NCBI GenBank assembly: GCA_964489875.1
Contig: CAZAZW010000002.1
Span: 134,792-192,702 of the forward strand
Source: an uncultured Gammaproteobacteria bacterium
GTDB taxonomy: Bacteria > Patescibacteriota > Microgenomatia > Daviesbacterales > UBA10151
DNA: 57,911 bases
Direction: 5' to 3'
The position numbers and the translations under genes were made by a program. This document shows positions 48,692 through 56,595 of the stretch, in pieces. The notes under the pieces were generated by a model that ran no database searches, was not told the origin of the DNA, and saw only the letters and a program-made list of their open reading frames with translations. Position 1 is the stretch's first letter, and every line of letters starts with the position of its first letter.

Positions 48692-49018
48692 ATGATTATT
48701 ACCAAATCAACATCATTTACAAAAGAAGAAATAAGGAGATTAAATGCAATTGCAATCGGATCGTTGTCAATGGATTTAAAAAGAGTAGCTTTAGGGTATC
48801 ACCGTGGTTCAGAAAACATGGCCAGAAGATTTGCACAGGAAGCCATAAAAAGGAAAGGGGAGATTAAAATATCAGAAGTTAAACCATATCTAAAAAAGTT
48901 TATTAACTCTTTACCAAAAATGCTAAATCAAAAAGATAAACAAAAATTAGCAGAAGATGCCCTCACTTATAGTATAATTTTCCAAAACTATACTACCCAT
49001 TTTTCCAGGATTAAATGA
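48692..49018 (+). CDS. Hypothetical helical protein
   Basis: ORF; start uncertain. Confidence 0.55.
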   Translation: MIITKSTSFTKEEIRRLNAIAIGSLSMDLKRVALGYHRGSENMARRFAQEAIKRKGEIKISEVKPYLKKFINSLPKMLNQKDKQKLAEDALTYSIIFQNYTTHFSRIK

Positions 49019-49109
49019 TTTTCTGACTTTAACTGTCATCTGAAACCTGTACCCTGTAACCTATCTACCTGGCTTTTTCTGAATCTCCGAGTTACAATGA
49101 GGCAAGAAA

Positions 49110-49793
49110 ATGAAAAAATCGTTTACAATCAACGATTTGCCCCCGCAAGAAAGACCTCGAGAGAGATTGGTAAAATTTGGTCCCGAAACACTTTCAGCAC
49201 AAGAATTATTAGCTTTAATTTTAGGTAGGGGTGTTAAAGGTGAATCAGTCGCAGTGATATCGCAAAAAATTCTTTCTAAGTTTGGATCCCTAGAAATTCT
49301 AAAAGAAGCCTCAATAGAGGATCTAAAAGAAATTAGGGGGGTTGGTTTAGCAAAAGCAGCGCAACTCCAAGCTTGTATTGAGATTGCTAGACGAATTAAT
49401 GGTTATGTTCATGATCAAAAGCAAAATGATAGAAAGAAACATATTTTGTCTTCTAAAGACGTGTACAAGCTAGTTAAATCAAGGATTAAGAATTATGCAA
49501 AGGAGCACTTTATTATCTTATCCTTCGATAGTCGAAATAAGCTTCTTGGCATGGATACAGTTTCAATTGGAACCTTGAATTCTAATTTAGTTCACCCTAG
49601 GGAGACGTTTGAAGCAGCAATCCGCCGCCACGCTGCTAAAATAGTTATTGTTCACAATCATCCTTCAGGCGATACAATACCTTCGAAGGAAGATATTGAA
49701 ATTACAAAGCAGTTAGTAGAAGCAGGGAAAATTATGGATATCGAGGTCATGGATCACTTAATTATTGGTAATGGATATCGATCAATCTTATAA
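49110..49793 (+). CDS. radC: RadC/JAB family protein (HhH + JAB)
   Basis: ERPRERL, VHPRE, HNHPSGD..PS.ED, DHLII. Confidence 0.95.
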   Translation: MKKSFTINDLPPQERPRERLVKFGPETLSAQELLALILGRGVKGESVAVISQKILSKFGSLEILKEASIEDLKEIRGVGLAKAAQLQACIEIARRINGYVHDQKQNDRKKHILSSKDVYKLVKSRIKNYAKEHFIILSFDSRNKLLGMDTVSIGTLNSNLVHPRETFEAAIRRHAAKIVIVHNHPSGDTIPSKEDIEITKQLVEAGKIMDIEVMDHLIIGNGYRSIL

Positions 49794-49796
49794 ATA

Positions 49797-50141
49797 ATGG
49801 ATATAAAGAAGCTTCAAGATATTGTTATAAAGTTTCGGGATGAGAGGAACTGGAAGAAGTTCCATAACCCAAAAGATGCATCATTGTCGTTGGTTTTAGA
49901 AGCTACTGAAGTAATGGAACATTTTCAGTGGAAAGATGAAAAAGAAATTAAGGATTATATTAAGTCAAATAGAAACGAAATAGGTAAGGAATTAGCAGAT
50001 GTTTTGTATTGGGTATTGCTAATTGGTTATGATTTAAATATAGATATTGTAGAAGTATTTAAAAAAAAGATGGCTGAGAACAACAAGAAGTACAGTATAA
50101 AAAAGTCAAAAGGTAAACATACAAAGTATACGAAATTATAA
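49797..50141 (+). CDS. MazG-like nucleotide pyrophosphohydrolase
   Basis: FRDERNWKKFHNPKD...EATE...ELADV. Confidence 0.9.
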   Translation: MDIKKLQDIVIKFRDERNWKKFHNPKDASLSLVLEATEVMEHFQWKDEKEIKDYIKSNRNEIGKELADVLYWVLLIGYDLNIDIVEVFKKKMAENNKKYSIKKSKGKHTKYTKL

Positions 50142-50142
50142 T

Positions 50143-51279
50143 ATGGACTTTAATTCTGTACTAAAAACCAAAAACCTTCTCAGATTTACTGGTCCTCCTG
50201 AACATTGGCTTACAGCTGTTAAGTATATGACTTGGGGTTTAAATAAGGATCGGGAGAATGATTGGGCAAAACTAAGATCGGGAGATATATTTTTTATACA
50301 TAGCACCGGAGCTCAACATTCTGCATTTAGGAATGCAAAACCTGGAATAATTGGTTTAGGTGTAATAGGTCCTGATTTTTCAATTAAGAAGTCTTTATTG
50401 TGGTATGAAGAAGTGAAATCTCATGAGAACAAATGGCCATTTCTTGTTCCACTATCTGAGGTTTACCTTTTCAGTAAGTTACCCTCAGTAAATACATGGG
50501 AAAATCCGAGCCCCCAAAATATTGACACAACTACAAATTTGATTAACTCGTTGCTCGTTAACTCTATACCCCTAAAACAGATACCTGGATTCCCTTGGAT
50601 GGGTAGTTTTTCTAGAGTAACACCAGAGGTAGCAGAAAAAATACTTTTCGACAAAAGACCATTATATCCATATACTGTTTACGAAGAATCAGAGGAACTG
50701 CAAATTAATCCGGCCTTAAATATCACACAAACTACCGATAAAAGGCGGTTTGAAAAAATTAATAGTGCAACCGAAGCATTGCGATACGCAGACACATTAG
50801 AGTATATCGATAAAGTTGAAAAGAGAGTTATCCGTGAGCGTACTTCTCAGTATGTTAGAGATAATGAATTGCTCGAATTAGCGAATTCAACCCACAGATC
50901 TATTCTTGAACAACTAATAGTTTTATTTAGAAAACATGGGTATGACACCCTACAAGGACGCAAATCTATAGATTTGTTCGCCCATAATAAAAATCAAGCT
51001 TTCATATTTGAGGTAAAAAGCAATGAAAACAGAAATTTTAGATCGCAGGCTAGAAAGGGTATAGCCCAACTTTTTGAATATGAGTATTTTGATGTACAGA
51101 AATTCGCTCAGGATAATAATTTAATTTTTGATCAGAAGCATAAATTAATTATTCCTTCCCAAACTCCTAAAGATGAACGGTATGTTGCTTTTATTAATAG
51201 TCTAAAAATCGGGGTTGCAATGGTAGGAGAAGATAATCTTAAACCGATAGGTTCGGATCTTGGTTTTTCCAAAATCTGA
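50143..51279 (+). CDS. EVE/PUA-like domain + PD-(D/E)xK nuclease (candidate modification-dependent restriction enzyme)
   Basis: HW....TWG....W.KLRSGD.FF...GIIGLG; IDL...FEVKS...GIAQLFEY. Confidence 0.7.
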   Translation: MDFNSVLKTKNLLRFTGPPEHWLTAVKYMTWGLNKDRENDWAKLRSGDIFFIHSTGAQHSAFRNAKPGIIGLGVIGPDFSIKKSLLWYEEVKSHENKWPFLVPLSEVYLFSKLPSVNTWENPSPQNIDTTTNLINSLLVNSIPLKQIPGFPWMGSFSRVTPEVAEKILFDKRPLYPYTVYEESEELQINPALNITQTTDKRRFEKINSATEALRYADTLEYIDKVEKRVIRERTSQYVRDNELLELANSTHRSILEQLIVLFRKHGYDTLQGRKSIDLFAHNKNQAFIFEVKSNENRNFRSQARKGIAQLFEYEYFDVQKFAQDNNLIFDQKHKLIIPSQTPKDERYVAFINSLKIGVAMVGEDNLKPIGSDLGFSKI

Positions 51280-51336
51280 TTAGTTTATAAACTCTATGGC
51301 CTGACGCCGGAAGAAATTGCAATTGTGGAACCTGCA
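51280..51336 (+). pseudogene. Remnant 3' end of a type IIG R-M gene (LVYKLYGLTPEEIAIVE); repeat copy A
   Basis: Translation matches the typical C-terminus of Eco57I-like type IIG enzymes; no upstream gene body. Confidence 0.7.
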
Positions 51337-51591
51337 TTTTGCAATTCCTTTTTGCTTCTTCTTGTCATTCTTGTTGGCATTGACACCAAAATCGTACTTC
51401 TTTTTTGTTTCCAATCTTTGACTTAGGAACTGCGCGCGTCAAAAATTCTGCAGTGAACACAACAGGGGGAGCCTGCTGAAGCGAAGCGTAAGACAGAAGG
51501 GGTGCCTTCCCCCGTAAAGCGAACGAAAGAATTCAGCGCGACTTCCCGTCAAAGAAACTTTTGGTACTTTTGGTTACAAAAGGACATAAAG

Positions 51592-51640
51592 AGAAATTGC
51601 AATTGTGGAACCTGCAATTTTAGAATAAAATTCAAACTAA
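51592..51640 (+). repeat. IIG-tail repeat copy B
   Basis: agaaattgcaattgtggaacctgcaattttagaataaaattcaaactaa. Confidence 0.85.
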
Positions 51641-52420
51641 ATAATCTGGTTTCGGCGTCAAACCTAGTTTTTGTTCAAGATTTACTTCCCTAAGTAACGA
51701 CCTCGTCTGCATAGCATCTTCAAAGCAGGCAACCCATACTAACCTTTTTTGAGCCGCCGCTCCTTCCCTTAAGATGAAGGGAATAGAATTTTTCTTATCA
51801 AAACCTTTTATGAGTTTTCCCTCCTCATAGCCAAAACCTTCACTAATCAGAAGTTTTGCATGATTTGCCAAACCTAAGTATTGTTCTGACCATTGTGTCA
51901 GTCTTTTACTTGATCCTCGTATATCCTGTAAGTGCATATACAAATCGAGTGTTTTTGTCTCAAGCTGCTGTGCTTGCTCGGGGGATGAATAGGCGGAAAG
52001 TACGAGATTATCAAACCTTAAACCATTATAAGAAACGATTTGATTATATTGCAGAAGAAAATTGACTAATTGTTTCGCCTGGCACTCGTCCCAACATTCA
52101 ACCTGCCCCCCAGCATTAATTGTTACAGCCAGGCCTAATCTTTGTTTAGGCATAACTTCAGATCTGTTTATGTCTGCATATCTTCTCGAATACCCTAGAT
52201 CCCACGGGAGATAGTAAGTTTCCAGATCGAAGAAGACTTTATCCTCCTTTGGATATAAGCAATCCGGTTTTACCTGAAACGGGACTGCCAGTACACCGCT
52301 TTCCCAAAGGCGCGCTCTGTTAAGATAATCTACTTGGCAGGATAATTGCGCAGGACTACTATGCGGATAACCAGATCCCTTGTGTATAGTGGCCTCAGGC
52401 CCTTTTCGTACTTCAAGCAT
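51632..52420 (-). CDS. RNase H-like (DEDD / YprB-type) domain protein
   Basis: FFDLET, SYNGLRFD, TLDL, CFEDA. Confidence 0.7.
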   Translation of the reverse strand: MLEVRKGPEATIHKGSGYPHSSPAQLSCQVDYLNRARLWESGVLAVPFQVKPDCLYPKEDKVFFDLETYYLPWDLGYSRRYADINRSEVMPKQRLGLAVTINAGGQVECWDECQAKQLVNFLLQYNQIVSYNGLRFDNLVLSAYSSPEQAQQLETKTLDLYMHLQDIRGSSKRLTQWSEQYLGLANHAKLLISEGFGYEEGKLIKGFDKKNSIPFILREGAAAQKRLVWVACFEDAMQTRSLLREVNLEQKLGLTPKPDYLV

Positions 52421-52586
52421 AAGGCTATTATATAGAAAGAAAAGGTATATGTAAACTATGGGTTCTATTTGCCTAATTACATGTAATTCCGATCCTACCT
52501 GGGGTTTCTCTTGAAGAGGGGAATGAGTGAATTAGGAGGCCACTTGACCCGGAACCCATTTCGGATTAAAGTATACATCCTAATTT

Positions 52587-52856
52587 ATGGAAAAAATAAC
52601 AGGTTATGCACCGGAAGTATGCAGAGCGGCTAATGCCCTACGCCGCAGTTACTCTTTTGCTCGTGTAATGGAAGGCCTGAAGAATATATCCGGCTTCCGG
52701 GTCTATGAGTTTAAGGGAACAACTTTTGAAATAGATCATTTGGTCTCTGGAGTATATAAGATTGCCAGAATCCAATATAGAGATATGGAAGGAATGGGAC
52801 AAAGATATTTGGCCTGGGAAATTCTGGAGGATATAGACAGCCATTACCGCGGATAA
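52587..52856 (+). CDS. Hypothetical protein
   Basis: 89-aa ORF; stop codon inside the ATAATCCCATTTTCCACC repeat. Confidence 0.55.
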   Translation: MEKITGYAPEVCRAANALRRSYSFARVMEGLKNISGFRVYEFKGTTFEIDHLVSGVYKIARIQYRDMEGMGQRYLAWEILEDIDSHYRG

Positions 52857-52923
52857 TCCCATTTTCCACCCTGAAGAAATTGCAATTGTGGAAAATAAAT
52901 TTGTGGAAGAAAATTCAAAATAG
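52853..52923 (+). repeat. ATAATCCCATTTTCCACC repeat fused to IIG-tail repeat copy C
   Basis: 18-mer identical to 54449-54466, then gaagaaattgcaattgtggaa. Confidence 0.85.
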
Positions 52924-52969
52924 TCCTGCATATCTTGACTTCGGGTTAGATTTGGCTTAATGTAAATTA

Positions 52970-53800
52970 ATGACAACGAAATTGACTACTTTTGAAGGTA
53001 AAAAAATCCGTAGGCAGTGGGATAAAAGTGAAGAAAAATGGTATTTTTCAGTGGTTGATATTATTCAACTCTTAATTAATCAGTCTGATTATCAAAAATC
53101 CAGAAAATATTGGAATAAACTCGCTGAACGACTACGGAAAGAGGGGAGTGAGTCGGTGACAAAATGTCACCAACTGAAATTAGAAGCTGCCGATGGAAAA
53201 AAATATCTTACAGATGTCGCGGATATTGAAACTCTTTTTAGAATTATTCAGTCTGTGCCGTCACCTAAGGCAGAGCCAATCAAGTTATGGTTGGCCAAAG
53301 TGGGACATGAAAGGATTCAGGAGATTAATGATCCGGAACAATCCTTAGATAGAGCAAGATTGAATTGGCAAAGAATGGAACGAAGCCAAAAATGGATTCA
53401 GCAACGGATGATGGGCCAGGAAATCAGAAATAAACTTACGGATTACTGGAAAAATAATGAAGTTAAACTACAAGATGAATATGCGATACTCACAAATATA
53501 ATTCATCAAGAATGGAGCGATCTGTCAGTTAAAGAACACAAAAACCTAAAAGGAGTGAAAACAGAAAACCTTCGTGACCATATGACGGACGCGGAATTGG
53601 TTTTTACGGCTTTAGCAGAACTTTCCACCCGACAAATTGCGGAAACGATGGAATCTAAAGGATTGGAAGAAAACAAAATTCCGGCTAGAAAAGGCGGGAG
53701 AGTTGCCAAAAATGCAAGATTGGAGCTGGAACAGAAAACCAGTAAAAAAGTTGTCAGCGGGTCAAATTATCTTCCGCAAGACAGGAAGAAATTAAAATAA
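52970..53800 (+). CDS. Bro-N domain protein
   Basis: FEGKKIRRQW..EKWYFSVVDI...QSVPSPKAEP.KLWLA...LRDHM. Confidence 0.88.
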   Translation: MTTKLTTFEGKKIRRQWDKSEEKWYFSVVDIIQLLINQSDYQKSRKYWNKLAERLRKEGSESVTKCHQLKLEAADGKKYLTDVADIETLFRIIQSVPSPKAEPIKLWLAKVGHERIQEINDPEQSLDRARLNWQRMERSQKWIQQRMMGQEIRNKLTDYWKNNEVKLQDEYAILTNIIHQEWSDLSVKEHKNLKGVKTENLRDHMTDAELVFTALAELSTRQIAETMESKGLEENKIPARKGGRVAKNARLELEQKTSKKVVSGSNYLPQDRKKLK

Positions 53801-53814
53801 ATGATTAAATTGTC

Positions 53815-53886
53815 GTAACCCCAGTCCAACCTGGGGAAGAAATTACAATTGTGGAACCTGCAATTATAATAGAAAATTCAAACTAA
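53815..53886 (+). repeat. GTAAC...CCAACCTGGGG motif fused to IIG-tail repeat copy D
   Basis: gaagaaattacaattgtggaacctgcaattataatagaaaattcaaactaa. Confidence 0.85.
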
Positions 53887-53926
53887 TTATTGCACTATTC
53901 ATTTTCCTATCTTATAATTTCTTACT

Positions 53927-54442
53927 ATGTCAGAACAAATAGTTTATCTAAACGAAAAATACCACACCGGCCAAGTAAAGGATGCTACGCAAGAGTTGGT
54001 TGCACGTAGTCTGCAAATTTGCGATACGTGTTCTCAGAAGACAGAAGAATTGGCTACAGTATTTGGTCAGAATCTTTCACCAGTAGTTGTACGTTACAAT
54101 TTAACATTAGGTCTTTTTTCGGGAACCCGGATAGGAAAATGGAGTAGAAGTGAAGTTTGGGTAGAGAAATTCCTAAAACTAACAGGCCGCCTGAAGGATC
54201 CTAACAAAGATATTAAACCCTTAATTGGTGCTGAGCAACCCAGCTATAGTGATTATAATTTGCCAGCTACCCGCCTTATGAATTTCTGGGAAGCCAATTT
54301 CGCTAATCTGTGTAAACTAGCTACACCAACAAAAAAGGAACAAGGAACCCTAGAAAATGCACTTAGAGCTTATACTGAGAGTAGGATTATACGACAGGCT
54401 TTATGCAATGGAATCTACCTTCAAAGAGCCGTTGGTACATAA
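53927..54442 (+). CDS. Hypothetical protein
   Basis: Own TTGCAC-17-TATAAT promoter; near-leaderless. Confidence 0.65.
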   Translation: MSEQIVYLNEKYHTGQVKDATQELVARSLQICDTCSQKTEELATVFGQNLSPVVVRYNLTLGLFSGTRIGKWSRSEVWVEKFLKLTGRLKDPNKDIKPLIGAEQPSYSDYNLPATRLMNFWEANFANLCKLATPTKKEQGTLENALRAYTESRIIRQALCNGIYLQRAVGT

Positions 54443-54448
54443 GAGATC

Positions 54449-54471
54449 ATAATCCCATTTTCCACCTGGGG
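54449..54471 (+). repeat. ATAATCCCATTTTCCACCTGGGG repeat
   Basis: Matches 52853; related to 52483, 53815 and 49056. Confidence 0.75.
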
Positions 54472-54489
54472 TAATCTAGCAACATTTGG

Positions 54490-54726
54490 TTAGCCTTTGC
54501 CTACGAAGTGTATTTTTAACCCATACGACCTTAAAAGCTCTTCCAGGCCAGATTCTACTTCAGGATTCACCGTCATTTCAGCTGCTACAAGCTTTTCCAA
54601 ATTTTGTTCTCCCGTAAGCGGGATACCTGCTCTTTCTGTAAACACAACCGCTTCGTGTTTAGACAGTAAATACAAAGTAGGCATTTGCTTTCCATCAGGC
54701 GTTGGTCCTTTCAGTCGTTCTACCAT
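54490..54726 (-). CDS. Hypothetical protein
   Basis: MVERLKGP... start shortly after a minus-strand TATAAT. Confidence 0.55.
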   Translation of the reverse strand: MVERLKGPTPDGKQMPTLYLLSKHEAVVFTERAGIPLTGEQNLEKLVAAEMTVNPEVESGLEELLRSYGLKIHFVGKG

Positions 54727-54808
54727 GCAGCGGATTATACATTGATCTAAATTCCTAAACAACCTGCTTGCTTGACTTCTGATTTAAAATACTTTAAATT
54801 CTATACTT

Positions 54809-55081
54809 ATGAATGTGGAGCGGAGCAGTCCATTACCGGGACTTAATAAAAAATGTGGTGATTGCACAAATCAGCTTCAGAACGGTCCTTTTGAATCAGG
54901 TTATCCTTGTAAAGCAGCATGGGCACCACTTGGTTATCCGCTTCAACCAAAAAGAGAGATTGACTCCAATGGTTCGTTCACCTGTGACAGCTTCCGACCA
55001 AACCTATTAATCCGGATAAGAAATTTAGCCAACAAGGTCTCTTTATTTGCTGCCAACAGCGGAATACAACTACCCCAATAA
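54809..55081 (+). CDS. Hypothetical Cys-containing protein
   Basis: CxxC...C...C; TTGACT upstream. Confidence 0.5.
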   Translation: MNVERSSPLPGLNKKCGDCTNQLQNGPFESGYPCKAAWAPLGYPLQPKREIDSNGSFTCDSFRPNLLIRIRNLANKVSLFAANSGIQLPQ

Positions 55082-55107
55082 CTAAACTTAACCCGAAATC
55101 CAATATG

Positions 55108-55190
55108 TGCCGGGAAGAGGAGTTGAACCTCCACGCCCTTGCGGGCACTACCACCTCAAGGTAGCGTGTATACCATTTCACCATCCCGGC
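55108..55190 (-). tRNA. tRNA-Leu(GAG)
   Basis: CTACC-TTGAGGT-GGTAG anticodon arm; long variable arm. Confidence 0.95.
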
Positions 55191-55244
55191 TTAAGAGCGA
55201 TTAGCTCGCAAGCTGCGCTTGCCTGCTAAATTATACACAAAATG

Positions 55245-55327
55245 TGCCGAAGAGAGGAGTTGAACCTCCACCCCATTGCTGGGACAGCGCTCTGAACGCT
55301 GCGTGTCTACCATTCCACCACTTCGGC
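55245..55327 (-). tRNA. tRNA-Leu(CAG)
   Basis: CAGCG-TTCAGAG-CGCTG anticodon arm; long variable arm. Confidence 0.95.
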
Positions 55328-55374
55328 TTTTTACGTGTTCATTTTACCATCCACAGTGTTATAATATCCACTAA

Positions 55375-56394
55375 ATGGCAGGTGGCAAAAAATATCCATA
55401 TCAGAAAAAGATAGTTACTTTTGGCGGCGGAACCGGCCATTTCTCGCTCCTCCGAGGCCTAGTCGAGCTCAACCAACCGGAACTAATTAGCGCTGTAGTT
55501 GGCACTTGGGATTCCGGCGGATCTTCCGGGAGACTACGGACTGAACTCGGAGTACTGCCCCCCGGAGATATCAGGCAATGCCTTTTGGCTTTAATGGAAG
55601 ACTCAAAACAGCGCCAGGTTGCCCAAAAACTTTTTGATGACAGATTAGCTGATATGGACGGCCCCTTAAAAGGACACAGTCTAGGTAATTTAATCTCGGC
55701 CAGGTTAGAGCATATTTACAAAGGAGCAGACAGAAGTGTAGACGCAGAACGCTTACTTTTTAGAATCAGGGCCAGGGTGCTACCGGTTAGCATCTCGGAA
55801 CTCAACCTGATGGCTAGGTTGGAAGGCGGGGAGGAATTGGACGGTGAAACCAATATTGACCTGCGAGGGGAAAAAGCAGATTATGATAAAAAGAAGAAAA
55901 TTACCCGGATTTATTTTGAGACCAATGCTGATCCCAATCCGGAAGTTATCCAGACCATTCTGGATGCCGAACTGATAGTTTTCTCCGCAGGAGACTTATA
56001 CACCAGCCTACTGCCACATCTTTTGGTAGCAGGAGTTAAAGAAGCCATCGAGCAATCAAAAGCCAAAGTAGTTTTGATTTTAAATTTGATGACCAAAGTA
56101 GGGGAGACTGACAATTTTAAGGCTTCTGATTACTTAAAAAACTTTAGGTACTACCTGGGGGATAAAATTAAAATCGATGTGATGATTGCCAATTCCAACG
56201 GACTAGACTCTGAAGTCTTAAAGGTCTATAAAAAGGATAAACAACAGCCGGTAAAAGTTGATGCTGTGGAATGCAAAAAAGTTGTTCCCGGCATTAAAAT
56301 CATTGAAAAACCGCTGGCTATTTACCATATGCGGGAACACCTTTTCCGCCACGACCCCAAACAGTTAGCCCAGGCACTTCTTGAATTAATATAA
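55375..56394 (+). CDS. YvcK/GlmR (CofD-like, UPF0052) family protein
   Basis: GGGTG, DSGGSSGRLR, PPGDIR, HSLGNL, LYTS, RHDP. Confidence 0.92.
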   Translation: MAGGKKYPYQKKIVTFGGGTGHFSLLRGLVELNQPELISAVVGTWDSGGSSGRLRTELGVLPPGDIRQCLLALMEDSKQRQVAQKLFDDRLADMDGPLKGHSLGNLISARLEHIYKGADRSVDAERLLFRIRARVLPVSISELNLMARLEGGEELDGETNIDLRGEKADYDKKKKITRIYFETNADPNPEVIQTILDAELIVFSAGDLYTSLLPHLLVAGVKEAIEQSKAKVVLILNLMTKVGETDNFKASDYLKNFRYYLGDKIKIDVMIANSNGLDSEVLKVYKKDKQQPVKVDAVECKKVVPGIKIIEKPLAIYHMREHLFRHDPKQLAQALLELI

Positions 56395-56432
56395 AGTTGC
56401 AATCCCAAGCTAAATGTGCATATACTATCCTT

Positions 56433-56585
56433 ATGAAATACCCTTGGGTTTGCATGACAGTTTGTGGAATTTGGATTGCTACAATCTTCCTGATGTCTTT
56501 TCGGATAGTGGAGATAATCCCGATGTATATCTATGCCTCAATAACTGTTCTTACGCTTTTTGTCCTAGGCTTTACTAGAAGTTAG
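56433..56585 (+). CDS. Small two-TM protein
   Basis: 50-aa hydrophobic ORF after TATACT. Confidence 0.55.
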   Translation: MKYPWVCMTVCGIWIATIFLMSFRIVEIIPMYIYASITVLTLFVLGFTRS

Positions 56586-56595
56586 GCCAAATAAA

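Noticed and set aside
51310-53886. CRISPR array
   Set aside because: Repeats are separated by 0.3-1.3 kb containing genes, not 30-40-nt spacers; no cas genes
49000-55100. Classical integron
   Set aside because: No IntI tyrosine recombinase in the window and no RYYYAAC...GTTRRRY attC hairpins recognised
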